The translations under genes were made by a program, and so were the position numbers. A DNA stretch of 64,000 nt from positions 676,944 to 740,943 of the forward strand of contig CP066691.1 in NCBI GenBank assembly GCA_016432485.1, written 5' to 3'. Positions 50,476 through 60,186 of the stretch are shown here, in pieces (the stretch's first letter is position 1; every line of letters starts with the position of its first letter). The notes beneath the pieces were generated by a model that searched no databases, was not told where the DNA came from, and saw only the letters and a program-made list of their open reading frames with translations. The DNA comes from Candidatus Niyogibacteria bacterium (GTDB lineage Bacteria > Patescibacteriota > Minisyncoccia > HO2-45-28).

Positions 50476-51240
50476 ATGTGGCCGGAAGGCAATGGTTGGA
50501 GAACCGTAGATGAAATGGCAGAGGAATTTGAAAGAAAACTGAACGAGGCTCTTAACGATTTTAAAGAATATCGACCCGCCAAAGAAACAAAACCTACCGA
50601 TATTGAGTTAGTGCTTGATATACAGCGACGGAATGTCCCAAAGGGCCACAGTTTGGTTCGCGAAATTTCTGGTATGTCCAAAAAGGCGCTCAAAGCTCTT
50701 CTTCGGGGAGATGAGGAAACTCTTGATCTTTTGAAGAGAAAGTTGGTTGAAGCTGTAACGAACCTTCATCTTCTTGACCTTCCTGATGGCCAGCAGGCCC
50801 GTGTTTTTGACGGCACGAAAGAGTATGGAGAATTTGTCTTCGCCTCCATCATCTGCCCCGTTATTTTGTACGGCAAACCCTTGCCAGAAAAACTGCCGGT
50901 CGCTTTTGAACTCTTAGCCGACCCGAAAACATACGCACATTGTATCATTGAAAGTTTCGGAGAGGCTTCACGGAAAATGGGCGAGTTTCTGATGAGGACT
51001 GATATTTCTGATCTTGATATTCGTGTTGCCGCTCGCCAGCGTTTCATCGCTCTGGCCACAGTGACTTGCAATGTTTACAAAGAGCGCTTGCTGGAATTTG
51101 ACCCCCAGCTTAAGGCCGGACGTTTTTGGAGGTCGTCTCTTCGCGGAATGGTTGATAACCTGGGCGCGATAATCAGGCGTCATGTAGATACTTTAAACCA
51201 CATTTTTGACACGCTGTCTGCGCGGAGGGCGGGCCTATGA
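50476..51240 (+). CDS. Translin-like helical protein (tentative)
   Basis: REI...SKKA...L.RGD, KEYGE and Y.....E..GE..R resemble translin/TRAX motifs. Confidence 0.5.
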   Translation: MWPEGNGWRTVDEMAEEFERKLNEALNDFKEYRPAKETKPTDIELVLDIQRRNVPKGHSLVREISGMSKKALKALLRGDEETLDLLKRKLVEAVTNLHLLDLPDGQQARVFDGTKEYGEFVFASIICPVILYGKPLPEKLPVAFELLADPKTYAHCIIESFGEASRKMGEFLMRTDISDLDIRVAARQRFIALATVTCNVYKERLLEFDPQLKAGRFWRSSLRGMVDNLGAIIRRHVDTLNHIFDTLSARRAGL

Positions 51241-51905
51241 GCGACGCAAGGAGGCTGGCCGTAAGCGGTTCATTCGGAATATCCGCTTTTTACGAAAGAA
51301 ATCTGGCTTGGCTCAAGTTTCCGGCAGGAGTTCACGGATCAGCTCTGAAAATCGCCTTTGAAACGACATTTCTTGCGGAGAGCAATCCGGAAAGCCGTCG
51401 TTTGCTGATACCTCCGGCCGGCTATCCCAGGGAAATGGACAGGTATTATAGGGGACAAGATGGAAAAAAGATGGCGCGATTTTACAACCCTGCTTTTCAG
51501 GGAAGTGATGTCTGCAACATTGTTTTTTCGTCCCGCTTCTCGCCTGACGGCGACTTTCCAAGAAAGCGTCTGGTTTTCAGGCGAAAAGAAGCGGCGCGCT
51601 TTGGCAAAACTCATGTTTTGCCGATGACAATGGCCCGTTTAGGCGAAGAAAAGCCGTTTGGTTTTTCTTTGTGGGAAGAGGGCGACCCCGGCGACAGAAA
51701 CTATGTCAATTTGGCATTCCCCGGCCTTTCCGGAAAGTTTGAGCCGGCATTTGTCAGGATTGACGAAGCGCTTGAAACCATCTTTTACAAGATTGAGGCG
51801 GAAGAAAGGGGCGTTCAGCTGCACATTTTCGTAAAGAGGGTGGAGGCGGATGACGTTCCGCTCCAACTTGGCGACATGATTCCGATTGAAGAAATGACTC
51901 GTTAA
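51237..51905 (+). CDS. Hypothetical protein
   Basis: ATGA overlap with the upstream gene; no recognisable motif. Confidence 0.6.
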   Translation: MSDARRLAVSGSFGISAFYERNLAWLKFPAGVHGSALKIAFETTFLAESNPESRRLLIPPAGYPREMDRYYRGQDGKKMARFYNPAFQGSDVCNIVFSSRFSPDGDFPRKRLVFRRKEAARFGKTHVLPMTMARLGEEKPFGFSLWEEGDPGDRNYVNLAFPGLSGKFEPAFVRIDEALETIFYKIEAEERGVQLHIFVKRVEADDVPLQLGDMIPIEEMTR

Positions 51906-52139
51906 TATAAGGAAGAATTTTTAGGCCTTGTCATGACCACTTGACAAGGCCGTTTTTTTTGATATAATAGAGAGAGTAAAATGCCACTGTTCAATGTGAA
52001 TGGGTTGGCACAAGGTCTTTGTCAACTTTTCAGATAAGGAGAAAAGACACATAGGACACCTGTTTTTGGCGTTTTTTTCGTAACACAGGCGAAAGGGGCA
52101 TTGAGCCCAAAGCAACATATCTCCAAGGAGGAGAGGAAC

Positions 52140-53588
52140 GTGGCAAAGCCCAAGAGTGAGCACAGAACAGCGGAAGAGGGAAGCCTCGGCACCCTCGGCG
52201 ATTTGGCGGTGGGTGGCCTCGTCGTCAGAGGCAAGGCCGCCAAGAAACCGTCGGATGACGACGGCTTCGGCATCCCCGATCTCACCGGCATCAAGCCGGC
52301 GGAGGAGTTGGAGGACGAGCGCTTGCGCGCCGAAAGGAGGGAGGAGAAGACAGCCTCCTTCCTCGAGGCCGTGCCGTCGGCAGTCAAGATGCTTCTCGAG
52401 CGGATTCGCTCCAAGGCGGGAGCCGAGGAGGCCCGGCAGATTCTGCAGGAGAGGATCCTGGACGTTCAGGACCCCGAACTGCGGGGTCGCGCTCGCTGGC
52501 TCTACGCCCGTGAGTTCGTGGCCCGCGCCGTGGAAAACGGCGGGTCGCCCAACATGTTCGAGGTTCTCAATCACCTCGGCATGAAGGATGATGGCCTCAA
52601 ACTCGTCGGGGAGCCCGAGGGGAACAAGGTCGTCACCATCCGGGTGCAGGTCGGGAAGAAGTTCTTTGTCCCGGCCCACATTCCGACCGGCATGGAGCCG
52701 GTGGTGAAGGAAGCGTTCCAGCTTCTTCACCAGCTTTCCGGCGTCACCAAGGAAAAGCAGTACGATGAGCGAAAGGCTGCTCTCGAGGCGTTCACCAAGG
52801 ACGTCTCGCGCGAGTGGGACGACCTCCTCTCCGGCCAGCCCGGGACCTACGTCTTCTACGTGCCCGACGAAAAGGGCACAAGGAAGACGGACACCGGCGA
52901 ACGCGTGCCATGGACTTACTTCGGAGGCCACCTCAAGGTGGTTTCTGACGGTGGAACCTTCGTGGCCGTGGGGGCTCTCGGCGCCTTTGAGAGGTCGAGA
53001 ATCCTGGCCGAAGCCATCGCCTGGCAGGTGGCCGTTATCGTTCCCTCCGTTCAGAAGGGGTTCGAGAGGGATGCGGAGGGCAGAGGGCCAAGGATCTCGC
53101 CCGAGCGCCTGCCCAAAGATCAGTTCAAAGCGGCCATCCATCTTCACAGCCTGATGAACCGCGCCTTCGTCCTTCACGAGGCCAACATGGCCAAGAAGGC
53201 CGAGGCCGACAAGGCCAAGGCCGAGGCGACGGTGGAGCACGAAGCCTTCCTGCTGGATGGCGCCGACGGCGTGGCTTTCGTCAAGCACCTCCGCTTCAAC
53301 GATGTGCCCCATCCGTGGGCGCTCGTGGAGCGCAAGGCCGGCGAGATCCGGGTCGTGGAAGCCCACCCTGCGGAAGATTTCTTCCCGCCTGAGAGCTTCG
53401 GGTTCATGCCGGAGGGCGAGGATTTCGCGGGTCTGGATAAGACCCTGCGCAACTTCTTGCGCTACGCCAGAACCAAGGCCGAGCGGGCCAAGGAGAAGGG
53501 CAAGGGCTTCGACTCCGGAAACGCCACGGAGGAGGAGATGAAGGCGTACGCCGAAGATTTGGGAGTTCCCACCGACGGACGCTCCTGA
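52140..53588 (+). CDS. Hypothetical protein, strongly GC-rich codons
   Basis: Promoter TTGACA/TATAAT at ~51940-51968, AAGGAGGAGAGG SD then GTG 52140, terminator at 53634-53677. Confidence 0.75.
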   Translation: MAKPKSEHRTAEEGSLGTLGDLAVGGLVVRGKAAKKPSDDDGFGIPDLTGIKPAEELEDERLRAERREEKTASFLEAVPSAVKMLLERIRSKAGAEEARQILQERILDVQDPELRGRARWLYAREFVARAVENGGSPNMFEVLNHLGMKDDGLKLVGEPEGNKVVTIRVQVGKKFFVPAHIPTGMEPVVKEAFQLLHQLSGVTKEKQYDERKAALEAFTKDVSREWDDLLSGQPGTYVFYVPDEKGTRKTDTGERVPWTYFGGHLKVVSDGGTFVAVGALGAFERSRILAEAIAWQVAVIVPSVQKGFERDAEGRGPRISPERLPKDQFKAAIHLHSLMNRAFVLHEANMAKKAEADKAKAEATVEHEAFLLDGADGVAFVKHLRFNDVPHPWALVERKAGEIRVVEAHPAEDFFPPESFGFMPEGEDFAGLDKTLRNFLRYARTKAERAKEKGKGFDSGNATEEEMKAYAEDLGVPTDGRS

Positions 53589-53690
53589 CGAAGCCGGAGG
53601 ACCGGCGACACAGGACTGACGTCAATAACACCTGCCCCCGGAAGGAGGATTTTCTCCTCCTTCCGGGGCGTTTTTTTGAAAGGAACGTAA

Positions 53691-54509
53691 ATGGAAATTC
53701 ATCCGCAAAACAGGGGAAAGGCTAAAAAGATTTTTGATCTGGTTCTTTCAGAAGCCGGAGAGGGAAATAGGTGGGATAATGAGGAACCGGGAGTAATTGA
53801 TTTTATTTCCAAAAAGAGCGGTCTGAAATTGGGCCGCGAAGTGATAGGCAAACTTCTTTCAGAAGTTTGTGATGCGGGTTATCTGGAAAAGATTCTTGGC
53901 GGAAGGACGGGCCGAAAAATTGTTAGCCTGCGGATCCTCCGCCGCGAATGGCAAGAGAAAAGCGCTCAAAGGCCGCCACAGAAAAATAAAGAGACGGCCG
54001 CGATAACACCGGCGCCGAAGACGGCGGCAGATCGGAAAAAACCCGAAAAGCCAAGGCTGGTTTTGCTTGTTGATTTCGTCAATATAGAAACTACTTTGAT
54101 GAGCGCGTCTAAAGCCGTTGACGCAATAGTCGGCTTGGAAGGACCTCTGGTGAACATTGGCACGATTGAAGCCAAATTCAGTTTTATACCGTCCCATCGA
54201 TTAGATGGCGCGCTGGTCCTCTCACTCATTTATCGTCATCTATTGATTGTCTGTCCCAGAAATCTGCATAACGGAGTCGATAAGACTAAGGATAAAGACC
54301 TGGTTGACGCGAGAATGAGCAATTTGGTTAATATCATCGCTCTTTTTAACGATGACATATCGCACATTGTCTTTGTTTCAGGAGATGGAGATTTTCTCGA
54401 CGCAGCCTGTTATGCCAAAGACCACGGCAAGAAAGTGGTCGTGGCCGCTCCGATGGGACATCTTTCAAGGGCGCTTGAAAAAGTGGCCGACGAAATTATC
54501 TTTTTCTAG
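53691..54509 (+). CDS. NYN (LabA/DUF88) PIN-like nuclease with possible N-terminal wHTH
   Basis: VDFVN, K..VD, SGDGDF, GKKV, LS..L...AD motifs. Confidence 0.8.
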   Translation: MEIHPQNRGKAKKIFDLVLSEAGEGNRWDNEEPGVIDFISKKSGLKLGREVIGKLLSEVCDAGYLEKILGGRTGRKIVSLRILRREWQEKSAQRPPQKNKETAAITPAPKTAADRKKPEKPRLVLLVDFVNIETTLMSASKAVDAIVGLEGPLVNIGTIEAKFSFIPSHRLDGALVLSLIYRHLLIVCPRNLHNGVDKTKDKDLVDARMSNLVNIIALFNDDISHIVFVSGDGDFLDAACYAKDHGKKVVVAAPMGHLSRALEKVADEIIFF

Positions 54510-54609
54510 TTTTGGTTTTCTGACGAAGTAGCCCGAAGGGGCAGCTCAAAGAGCTGCCCCTTCAATATTTTTACTTGTTTAAATCAAAAATCTATTTTAT
54601 CATTTTGGT

Positions 54610-56463
54610 ATGAAACTATTTTCCAGGAACATTTTTATAACCCTGTTTATTTTTCTTTTATTGGCCACGCTTTACCCCATGATTTTGGAGCAATTTAAGG
54701 AGGTTGAAGAAATCTCGCTTTCAGCTCTGGCTGAAAAAATTAAAGCGGGTAATGTTGAACGCATTGAAGTTTCCGGCGACACGCTTCAAGTTTTTACGGC
54801 CGGAGAACGGGAATTCGTCTCTAAAAAAGAGGCGGAGGCCGGACTTACCGAAACTCTTAAAAATTACGGCGTCACCACCGAAGAATTTTCCAAAATAGAC
54901 ATAGCCGTAAAAAATCCCACGGGTTTCGCTTTCTGGGTCGGAGCGATTCTTCCGTTTTTGGCGCCCTTTCTTTTGATTATTTTATTTTTCTGGCTAATTT
55001 CGCGCCAGGTCAAACAGGCCAATGTCCAAGCCTTTACTTTCGGACGCTCAAAAGCGCGGGTCATAATGCCCGACAACAAAAAAGACCGCGCCACTTTCGC
55101 GGATGTCGCCGGAGTTGAAGAAGCCAAAGAAGAGCTTCGGGAGGTTGTTGAGTTTTTAAAGACCCCGGCCAAGTTTTTAAAAATCGGAGCGCGCATCCCC
55201 AAAGGGGTTTTGCTGATGGGTCCTCCGGGAGCGGGCAAGACCCTTTTGGCAAGAGCCGTGGCGGGTGAAGCGAGCGTTCCGTTTTTCCACATATCGGCAT
55301 CCGAATTCGTGGAAATGTTCGTTGGAGTCGGCGCGAGCCGTGTTCGCGATCTTTTCAAAATGGCCAAACGCACGGCGCCGGCCATAATTTTTATTGACGA
55401 AATTGACGCTATCGGGCGCCATCGCGGCGCGGGATTGGGAGGGGGTAATGACGAAAGGGAGCAGACCTTAAATCAGATTTTAGTGGAGCTTGACGGTTTT
55501 GAACCGCATGAATCGGTAATCGTGATGGCCGCGACTAACCGGCCGGATGTTTTGGATCCCGCGCTTTTGCGTCCAGGAAGATTTGACCGTCGGGTTATCC
55601 TTGATTTGCCCGACCTTAAAGCGCGAGAGGCGATTTTAAAAATACATGCCATTAAAAAACCTCTGGCAAAAGAAGTTAACCTGCGCGTGGTGGCCGAACG
55701 GACGCCGGGTTTTTCGGGCGCTGATCTGCAGAATTTAATGAACGAGGGCGCGATACTGGCCGCGCGAAAAGACCAGAAACACATCATCCAGCAGGACCTT
55801 TTGATTTCAATTGAAAAAGTCATGCTCGGACCGGAAAGGAGAAGCCACATTTTAACGCCCGATGAAAAAAAGATCTCGGCTTATCACGAAGCCGGACACG
55901 CGCTGGTGGCCACAGCGATGCCCGCGGCCGATCCGGTGCATAAGGTCTCAATAATTTCCAGAGGCCGCGCCGCCGGCTACACTCTTAAATTGCCGATAGA
56001 AGACCGTCATTTATATTCCAAACTTCATTTTTTGGCCGAGCTTGCCGTGTCGCTTGGAGGATACGCGGCCGAAAAAATAATTTTCGGAGAACTGACCACC
56101 GGCGCGTCAAACGATTTGAAACAGGCCACGGCCGTGGCCCGAGATATGGTGACCAAGTACGGAATGTCCGAGAAAGTCGGGCCGGTTAACCTCGGTTCGG
56201 GCGAGGATATGGTTTTTCTGGGACGGGAGATTGCCAGCGGCCAGCATTATTCTGAAAAAATGGCTTCCGAGGTTGACGGCGAGGTGAGCCGTTTTATGCG
56301 CGAAGGATTCAAAAAGGCCACCGAGCTTTTAAAAAAGCACAAAAACATTTTGGAGGCCATTGCCAAATATTTGATTGAAAAAGAAACCATAGAGCGCGAT
56401 GAATTTAATAATCTGGTCAAATCCTTCGGATTGATTCCTAAAACGGCGTTAGAAACGGCTTAA
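54610..56463 (+). CDS. ftsH: ATP-dependent zinc metalloprotease FtsH
   Basis: Two TMs, [26 protein letters not shown]. Confidence 0.98.
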   Translation: MKLFSRNIFITLFIFLLLATLYPMILEQFKEVEEISLSALAEKIKAGNVERIEVSGDTLQVFTAGEREFVSKKEAEAGLTETLKNYGVTTEEFSKIDIAVKNPTGFAFWVGAILPFLAPFLLIILFFWLISRQVKQANVQAFTFGRSKARVIMPDNKKDRATFADVAGVEEAKEELREVVEFLKTPAKFLKIGARIPKGVLLMGPPGAGKTLLARAVAGEASVPFFHISASEFVEMFVGVGASRVRDLFKMAKRTAPAIIFIDEIDAIGRHRGAGLGGGNDEREQTLNQILVELDGFEPHESVIVMAATNRPDVLDPALLRPGRFDRRVILDLPDLKAREAILKIHAIKKPLAKEVNLRVVAERTPGFSGADLQNLMNEGAILAARKDQKHIIQQDLLISIEKVMLGPERRSHILTPDEKKISAYHEAGHALVATAMPAADPVHKVSIISRGRAAGYTLKLPIEDRHLYSKLHFLAELAVSLGGYAAEKIIFGELTTGASNDLKQATAVARDMVTKYGMSEKVGPVNLGSGEDMVFLGREIASGQHYSEKMASEVDGEVSRFMREGFKKATELLKKHKNILEAIAKYLIEKETIERDEFNNLVKSFGLIPKTALETA

Positions 56464-56526
56464 AATGTAGACCAATAAAACTTTAAAAATTAAAATAAAA
56501 ACCCCGCGGGCATTGCCGAGGGGGTT

Positions 56527-57102
56527 TTAGGCCATTTTTATGACTTTCCGGATTATCCAGACGGCGATAGCGAAAGCGATTAAAGTATCAACAATCAACC
56601 AAGCGGGGTTAAAATAAATGATTATTGCTCCTAAAAGAACTCCAAGAGAACTATAGATGTCGGTGTCCAGACATAATTTGTATCTGTCCGCGCTTTTGCT
56701 TGAAAGCCCCCGGCCGCGCACTATGAATCTTTGCGCCGCGTTGCCCAAGAGCCCCAATATGGTTGCCCAAAACATAATAGGCGCTATGATACTCTCCGGT
56801 TTTAAGTAGCGCTCCACCGCTTCCCACATAAGCCAAGGGACAAACAAGAAAAGAAGCAGGAAAATAATAAGCCGGGAACCGACCCTGTCTATTTTTTTGC
56901 TTCCGGTCCAAAGAGCGATAATGACCAAGACCTCAGTCGCGGCGTGGGTGAATACATGAGCCGTGTCAACGATCAAGGCCTTGCTTCCGGATAATATTCC
57001 GCCGGTAAGCTGGATAAGAATAATGAGCGCCGATAAACAGAGATTAAGCCGGAAATAAGGCAGATCTTTTAAATTTCGCGCCGCGTCATGCTCATGAGGC
57101 AA
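56527..57102 (-). CDS. Cation diffusion facilitator, TM domain only
   Basis: S.AL..D..H in TM2; D..SS.GV in TM5; no cytoplasmic domain. Confidence 0.75.
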   Translation of the reverse strand: MPHEHDAARNLKDLPYFRLNLCLSALIILIQLTGGILSGSKALIVDTAHVFTHAATEVLVIIALWTGSKKIDRVGSRLIIFLLLFLFVPWLMWEAVERYLKPESIIAPIMFWATILGLLGNAAQRFIVRGRGLSSKSADRYKLCLDTDIYSSLGVLLGAIIIYFNPAWLIVDTLIAFAIAVWIIRKVIKMA

Positions 57103-57294
57103 TTCGTTTTACTCCATTTTTGCAGACGGGGTTTCTATAAAGATTTTAATAAAAATTAAATTAAAATCAAGTCAATATTGTGTTTTTTTATCTTTTATTA
57201 TAAGATATTCACGGCCGACACGATGGAAATGTCCATCGGAAAGCCGGCATATTTAAGGGCCGATAGGCCGCGTTCCTTGATAAAGGAAGAAAAA

Positions 57295-57747
57295 ATGGAA
57301 AAAGCGCCTGAATTTGTTTTACAGGATATTCAAAATATCCTTAATACATCCGAACGTCTTAATAAACGCAAAGACGAAATTAAAAGATTTTTAAAAATTA
57401 TAGAAGGATTTCTTACAGAAAGCGGCGAACTAGATCGCTTATCATCAGGATCAGAGATTACTAAAATCAATTTTAGAGAACCGCTTGAGAGTTATTCCTG
57501 CAGTATTTTGTCTAGGATTGATGCGTCATCTGGATGGAAAGGGAGAATGTTGTTTAGATTGTATGATATGGGGATTCAACAGAATGTATTAGATATTTCT
57601 TCAGATAATGTTAGCGGGCTTTCAAGACATTTGATGCCGATTTTTTATCTCGCATTGCCAGAAATTCTCGAGGCGCTGGTAAATTTGTTTCCTAAATTGG
57701 GGGAGAATATACAAGAACTTATTCAGATTTCTAATATGACACGATAA
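57295..57747 (+). CDS. Hypothetical protein
   Basis: AAGGA SD before ATG 57295; AT-rich; no motif. Confidence 0.55.
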   Translation: MEKAPEFVLQDIQNILNTSERLNKRKDEIKRFLKIIEGFLTESGELDRLSSGSEITKINFREPLESYSCSILSRIDASSGWKGRMLFRLYDMGIQQNVLDISSDNVSGLSRHLMPIFYLALPEILEALVNLFPKLGENIQELIQISNMTR

Positions 57748-57816
57748 ACTAATTATAAAATTATAATCACTTTTTGATTCTTCGCGCAAAGCGAAGAATT
57801 TTTTTTGTCGAGATTT

Positions 57817-57888
57817 TGGGCACACCAGGACTCGAACCTGGAACCACCAAGGTATAAGCTTGGCGCTCTGCCATTGAGCTATGTGCCC
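57817..57888 (-). tRNA. tRNA-Ile(UAU)
   Basis: 72-nt cloverleaf: GGGCACA/UGUGCCC acceptor, CCAAG-CUUAUAC-CUUGG anticodon arm, UUCGAGU T-loop; CCA not encoded. Confidence 0.9.
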
Positions 57889-58017
57889 ATCGCGATGAAG
57901 TCAAGGCGGGCGCATCATATTTTATATTATCGTTTCCTTGACTAATTTACAAGCCAATATATGCTGAAAATGGGTTGAAATTTGAAATAAAACATCCGTT
58001 TTAAGGAGGAGGCAACG

Positions 58018-60078
58018 ATGGCAGAGGTGCGGGAAAACGAGCGGCTGAAATATCACCTTCAAGCCGTGCTTAAAAGTGAAAGAAGGTTTGAGAACGTGAA
58101 TCAGGCCGTAACCAGAATGGTTTTGGCTGACGGCGTGGATAAGGTTTCAATAGCCGGAAGAACAACTTACGATTTCAGATTTTTCCGCAAAGGTCCAAAA
58201 CACATAATCGGCTGGCTTGACGAAATAAATGATTTTGTCAACTTTACGAAAGACGCGGCCGAAGGCGGACCATCTAAAGAAATGGCCTTTGTTTTGGTCG
58301 GTGAGCCCGGAAACGGAAAAACCTTTTTCGTGGATTATATCTGCGACAGGTATAAAAGGTTTACTTCCCTCCCGGAAAACAGGCGCTATACTTTTGAGTT
58401 TGCAAATTTAGACCAGCTTGGCGGATACGGAGGAATCCGTTTCGCCCAATCGCAGACATTTGAAGATCCGGTGATTTTGGCCATGAATTTATTTGAGTCT
58501 GTTGACGAAAACAAGGAGTATTTGCTCAAGTTCGGGTTTGGTGAACAGAGAATAGAGCAATTATTCGGAAACTACAGACCTCTGGGGGCTTGCACGGAAC
58601 ATATTTGGAACGAAATTTTTGTCCATTATGACGGCGACGTTGAGAAAGCTCTTGGGTCCGTAAAAATTGTTCCGGCGAAAATCGGCAATAAAAAATCCGG
58701 CGTTCTTACCGGCAAATATTCGGCTAAAGACAAGATTACTTCTTCCGCCGAGGATATTTTGGGAGATGAAGACCTAAAACGCATGCTTGATATTGAAGAT
58801 GCCGCGCATCCGTACAGATATAATGTCCGCCGGGGAGTGATTGCCCGCGTTGCCGGCGGAGGCATTCTCTTTTTGGACGAGTTTTTCAGAATCAAAAAAG
58901 ACCTTGTGCAGGTTTTTCTTCAGGTTATTCAGGACAGAATTATTGAATTAAGGGGCTTTTGCTGGTACCCGGATATGCTGATTATCGGCACCAGCAACAG
59001 TGATTCATATAAAGATTTTGTGGCCGAGAAGAGCGAAAGTCCGATTAAAGACCGCAGCAGGGTTTGCTATGTTTCCCACTGCACCGATTACAAACTTCAG
59101 CAGCTTTTGACCCGCTATTCTCTTGGTGTGGAAAAGAAGTCCACCGTTATCGGCGAAGAGATGCACGAAGATCCCAATCTCAATTACGCTTTATCGGTCG
59201 CGGTGACTCTTACCCGCCTTCCTCATAGCGACCAGCTTACTCCGGTTGAGACAATGAAATTGGAGGCCGGCGAGATTGCGGGTGATAAAAGCGTCAAGAC
59301 CTTAACGGAAATCAAGGGGACTTTGAACGCGAGCACCGATGTTACCAAGCGCTGGGGGCAAAGGGGCGTAGGACACAGAGGCCTCGGAAGATTTATTAAT
59401 ATTATGCTTGCTATGCCCGAAACACATGAGGGCAAGTGTCTTTTTGCTTACGATTGCTTTAAGGCGGCGGAAAGGGAAGTAATAGATTTTGGCTATGATC
59501 CCGCTGACCGTGAAAAGTTTATGAAAGACATAGCCATTGCCCGCAAGCTTTACCGAGAAAGAATTAAAACAGGTATTTATAACGCTTTTCGCGATGACCC
59601 CGAGGCTGTCCGTAAAGATGTTATGATCTATGTCAACATGATTATAGGCTTTGACTCGGACGCATTGGGTCCGGATAAGATATGGAGGCCCAAAGATCCT
59701 CAAACCGGAGAAGAAAAGCCGCTTAAAATAGATGAGAAATATATTAACAGCGTTGAATCCCGCCTGGGTCTTAATACCAAAGAAACAAGAGATTCATTCA
59801 GAACATCCATCAGAAGGATTTACGGTCAAAAAGCAACCATTGATCCCGATTACGATTTTATGGATAACGAGAGGCTTATCAAGGCAGTGACCGAGGTGCG
59901 TTTGGAGTCGGATTTCGCAGGCGCGGGTTCACTCATTGGCGCTCTGTCCAATCCTACAAACGAAGAAAACGCCCGGCTTCGCAACAGAATGATTGATACT
60001 ATGTTTAAGATGGGTTATTGCAGAACATGCGCGCAAAAAACAATTGAGTATTGGTGCGAGAAAGAAGACGAAGAATAA
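58018..60078 (+). CDS. PrkA/YeaG family AAA+ ATPase
   Basis: GEPGNGKT, ILFLDE, C-terminal MGYC..CA; context with DUF444 and SpoVR. Confidence 0.85.
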   Translation: MAEVRENERLKYHLQAVLKSERRFENVNQAVTRMVLADGVDKVSIAGRTTYDFRFFRKGPKHIIGWLDEINDFVNFTKDAAEGGPSKEMAFVLVGEPGNGKTFFVDYICDRYKRFTSLPENRRYTFEFANLDQLGGYGGIRFAQSQTFEDPVILAMNLFESVDENKEYLLKFGFGEQRIEQLFGNYRPLGACTEHIWNEIFVHYDGDVEKALGSVKIVPAKIGNKKSGVLTGKYSAKDKITSSAEDILGDEDLKRMLDIEDAAHPYRYNVRRGVIARVAGGGILFLDEFFRIKKDLVQVFLQVIQDRIIELRGFCWYPDMLIIGTSNSDSYKDFVAEKSESPIKDRSRVCYVSHCTDYKLQQLLTRYSLGVEKKSTVIGEEMHEDPNLNYALSVAVTLTRLPHSDQLTPVETMKLEAGEIAGDKSVKTLTEIKGTLNASTDVTKRWGQRGVGHRGLGRFINIMLAMPETHEGKCLFAYDCFKAAEREVIDFGYDPADREKFMKDIAIARKLYRERIKTGIYNAFRDDPEAVRKDVMIYVNMIIGFDSDALGPDKIWRPKDPQTGEEKPLKIDEKYINSVESRLGLNTKETRDSFRTSIRRIYGQKATIDPDYDFMDNERLIKAVTEVRLESDFAGAGSLIGALSNPTNEENARLRNRMIDTMFKMGYCRTCAQKTIEYWCEKEDEE

Positions 60079-60186
60079 AATCGCGATTTAAGCCCGCGCA
60101 GCTGCGTGGGCTTTTTTTGTGGGGTTTGTTGTTGTAATATGTGCCTGGAAGTGGATTTCGCGGAGCTTTTTGAAAGGAGGCGGACA

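Noticed and set aside
51921-53366. 481-aa antisense ORF, and similar ones at 28518, 40970, 41752, 42744 and 62050
   Set aside because: Shadow frames of real genes that have motifs or SD, promoter and terminator on the other strand
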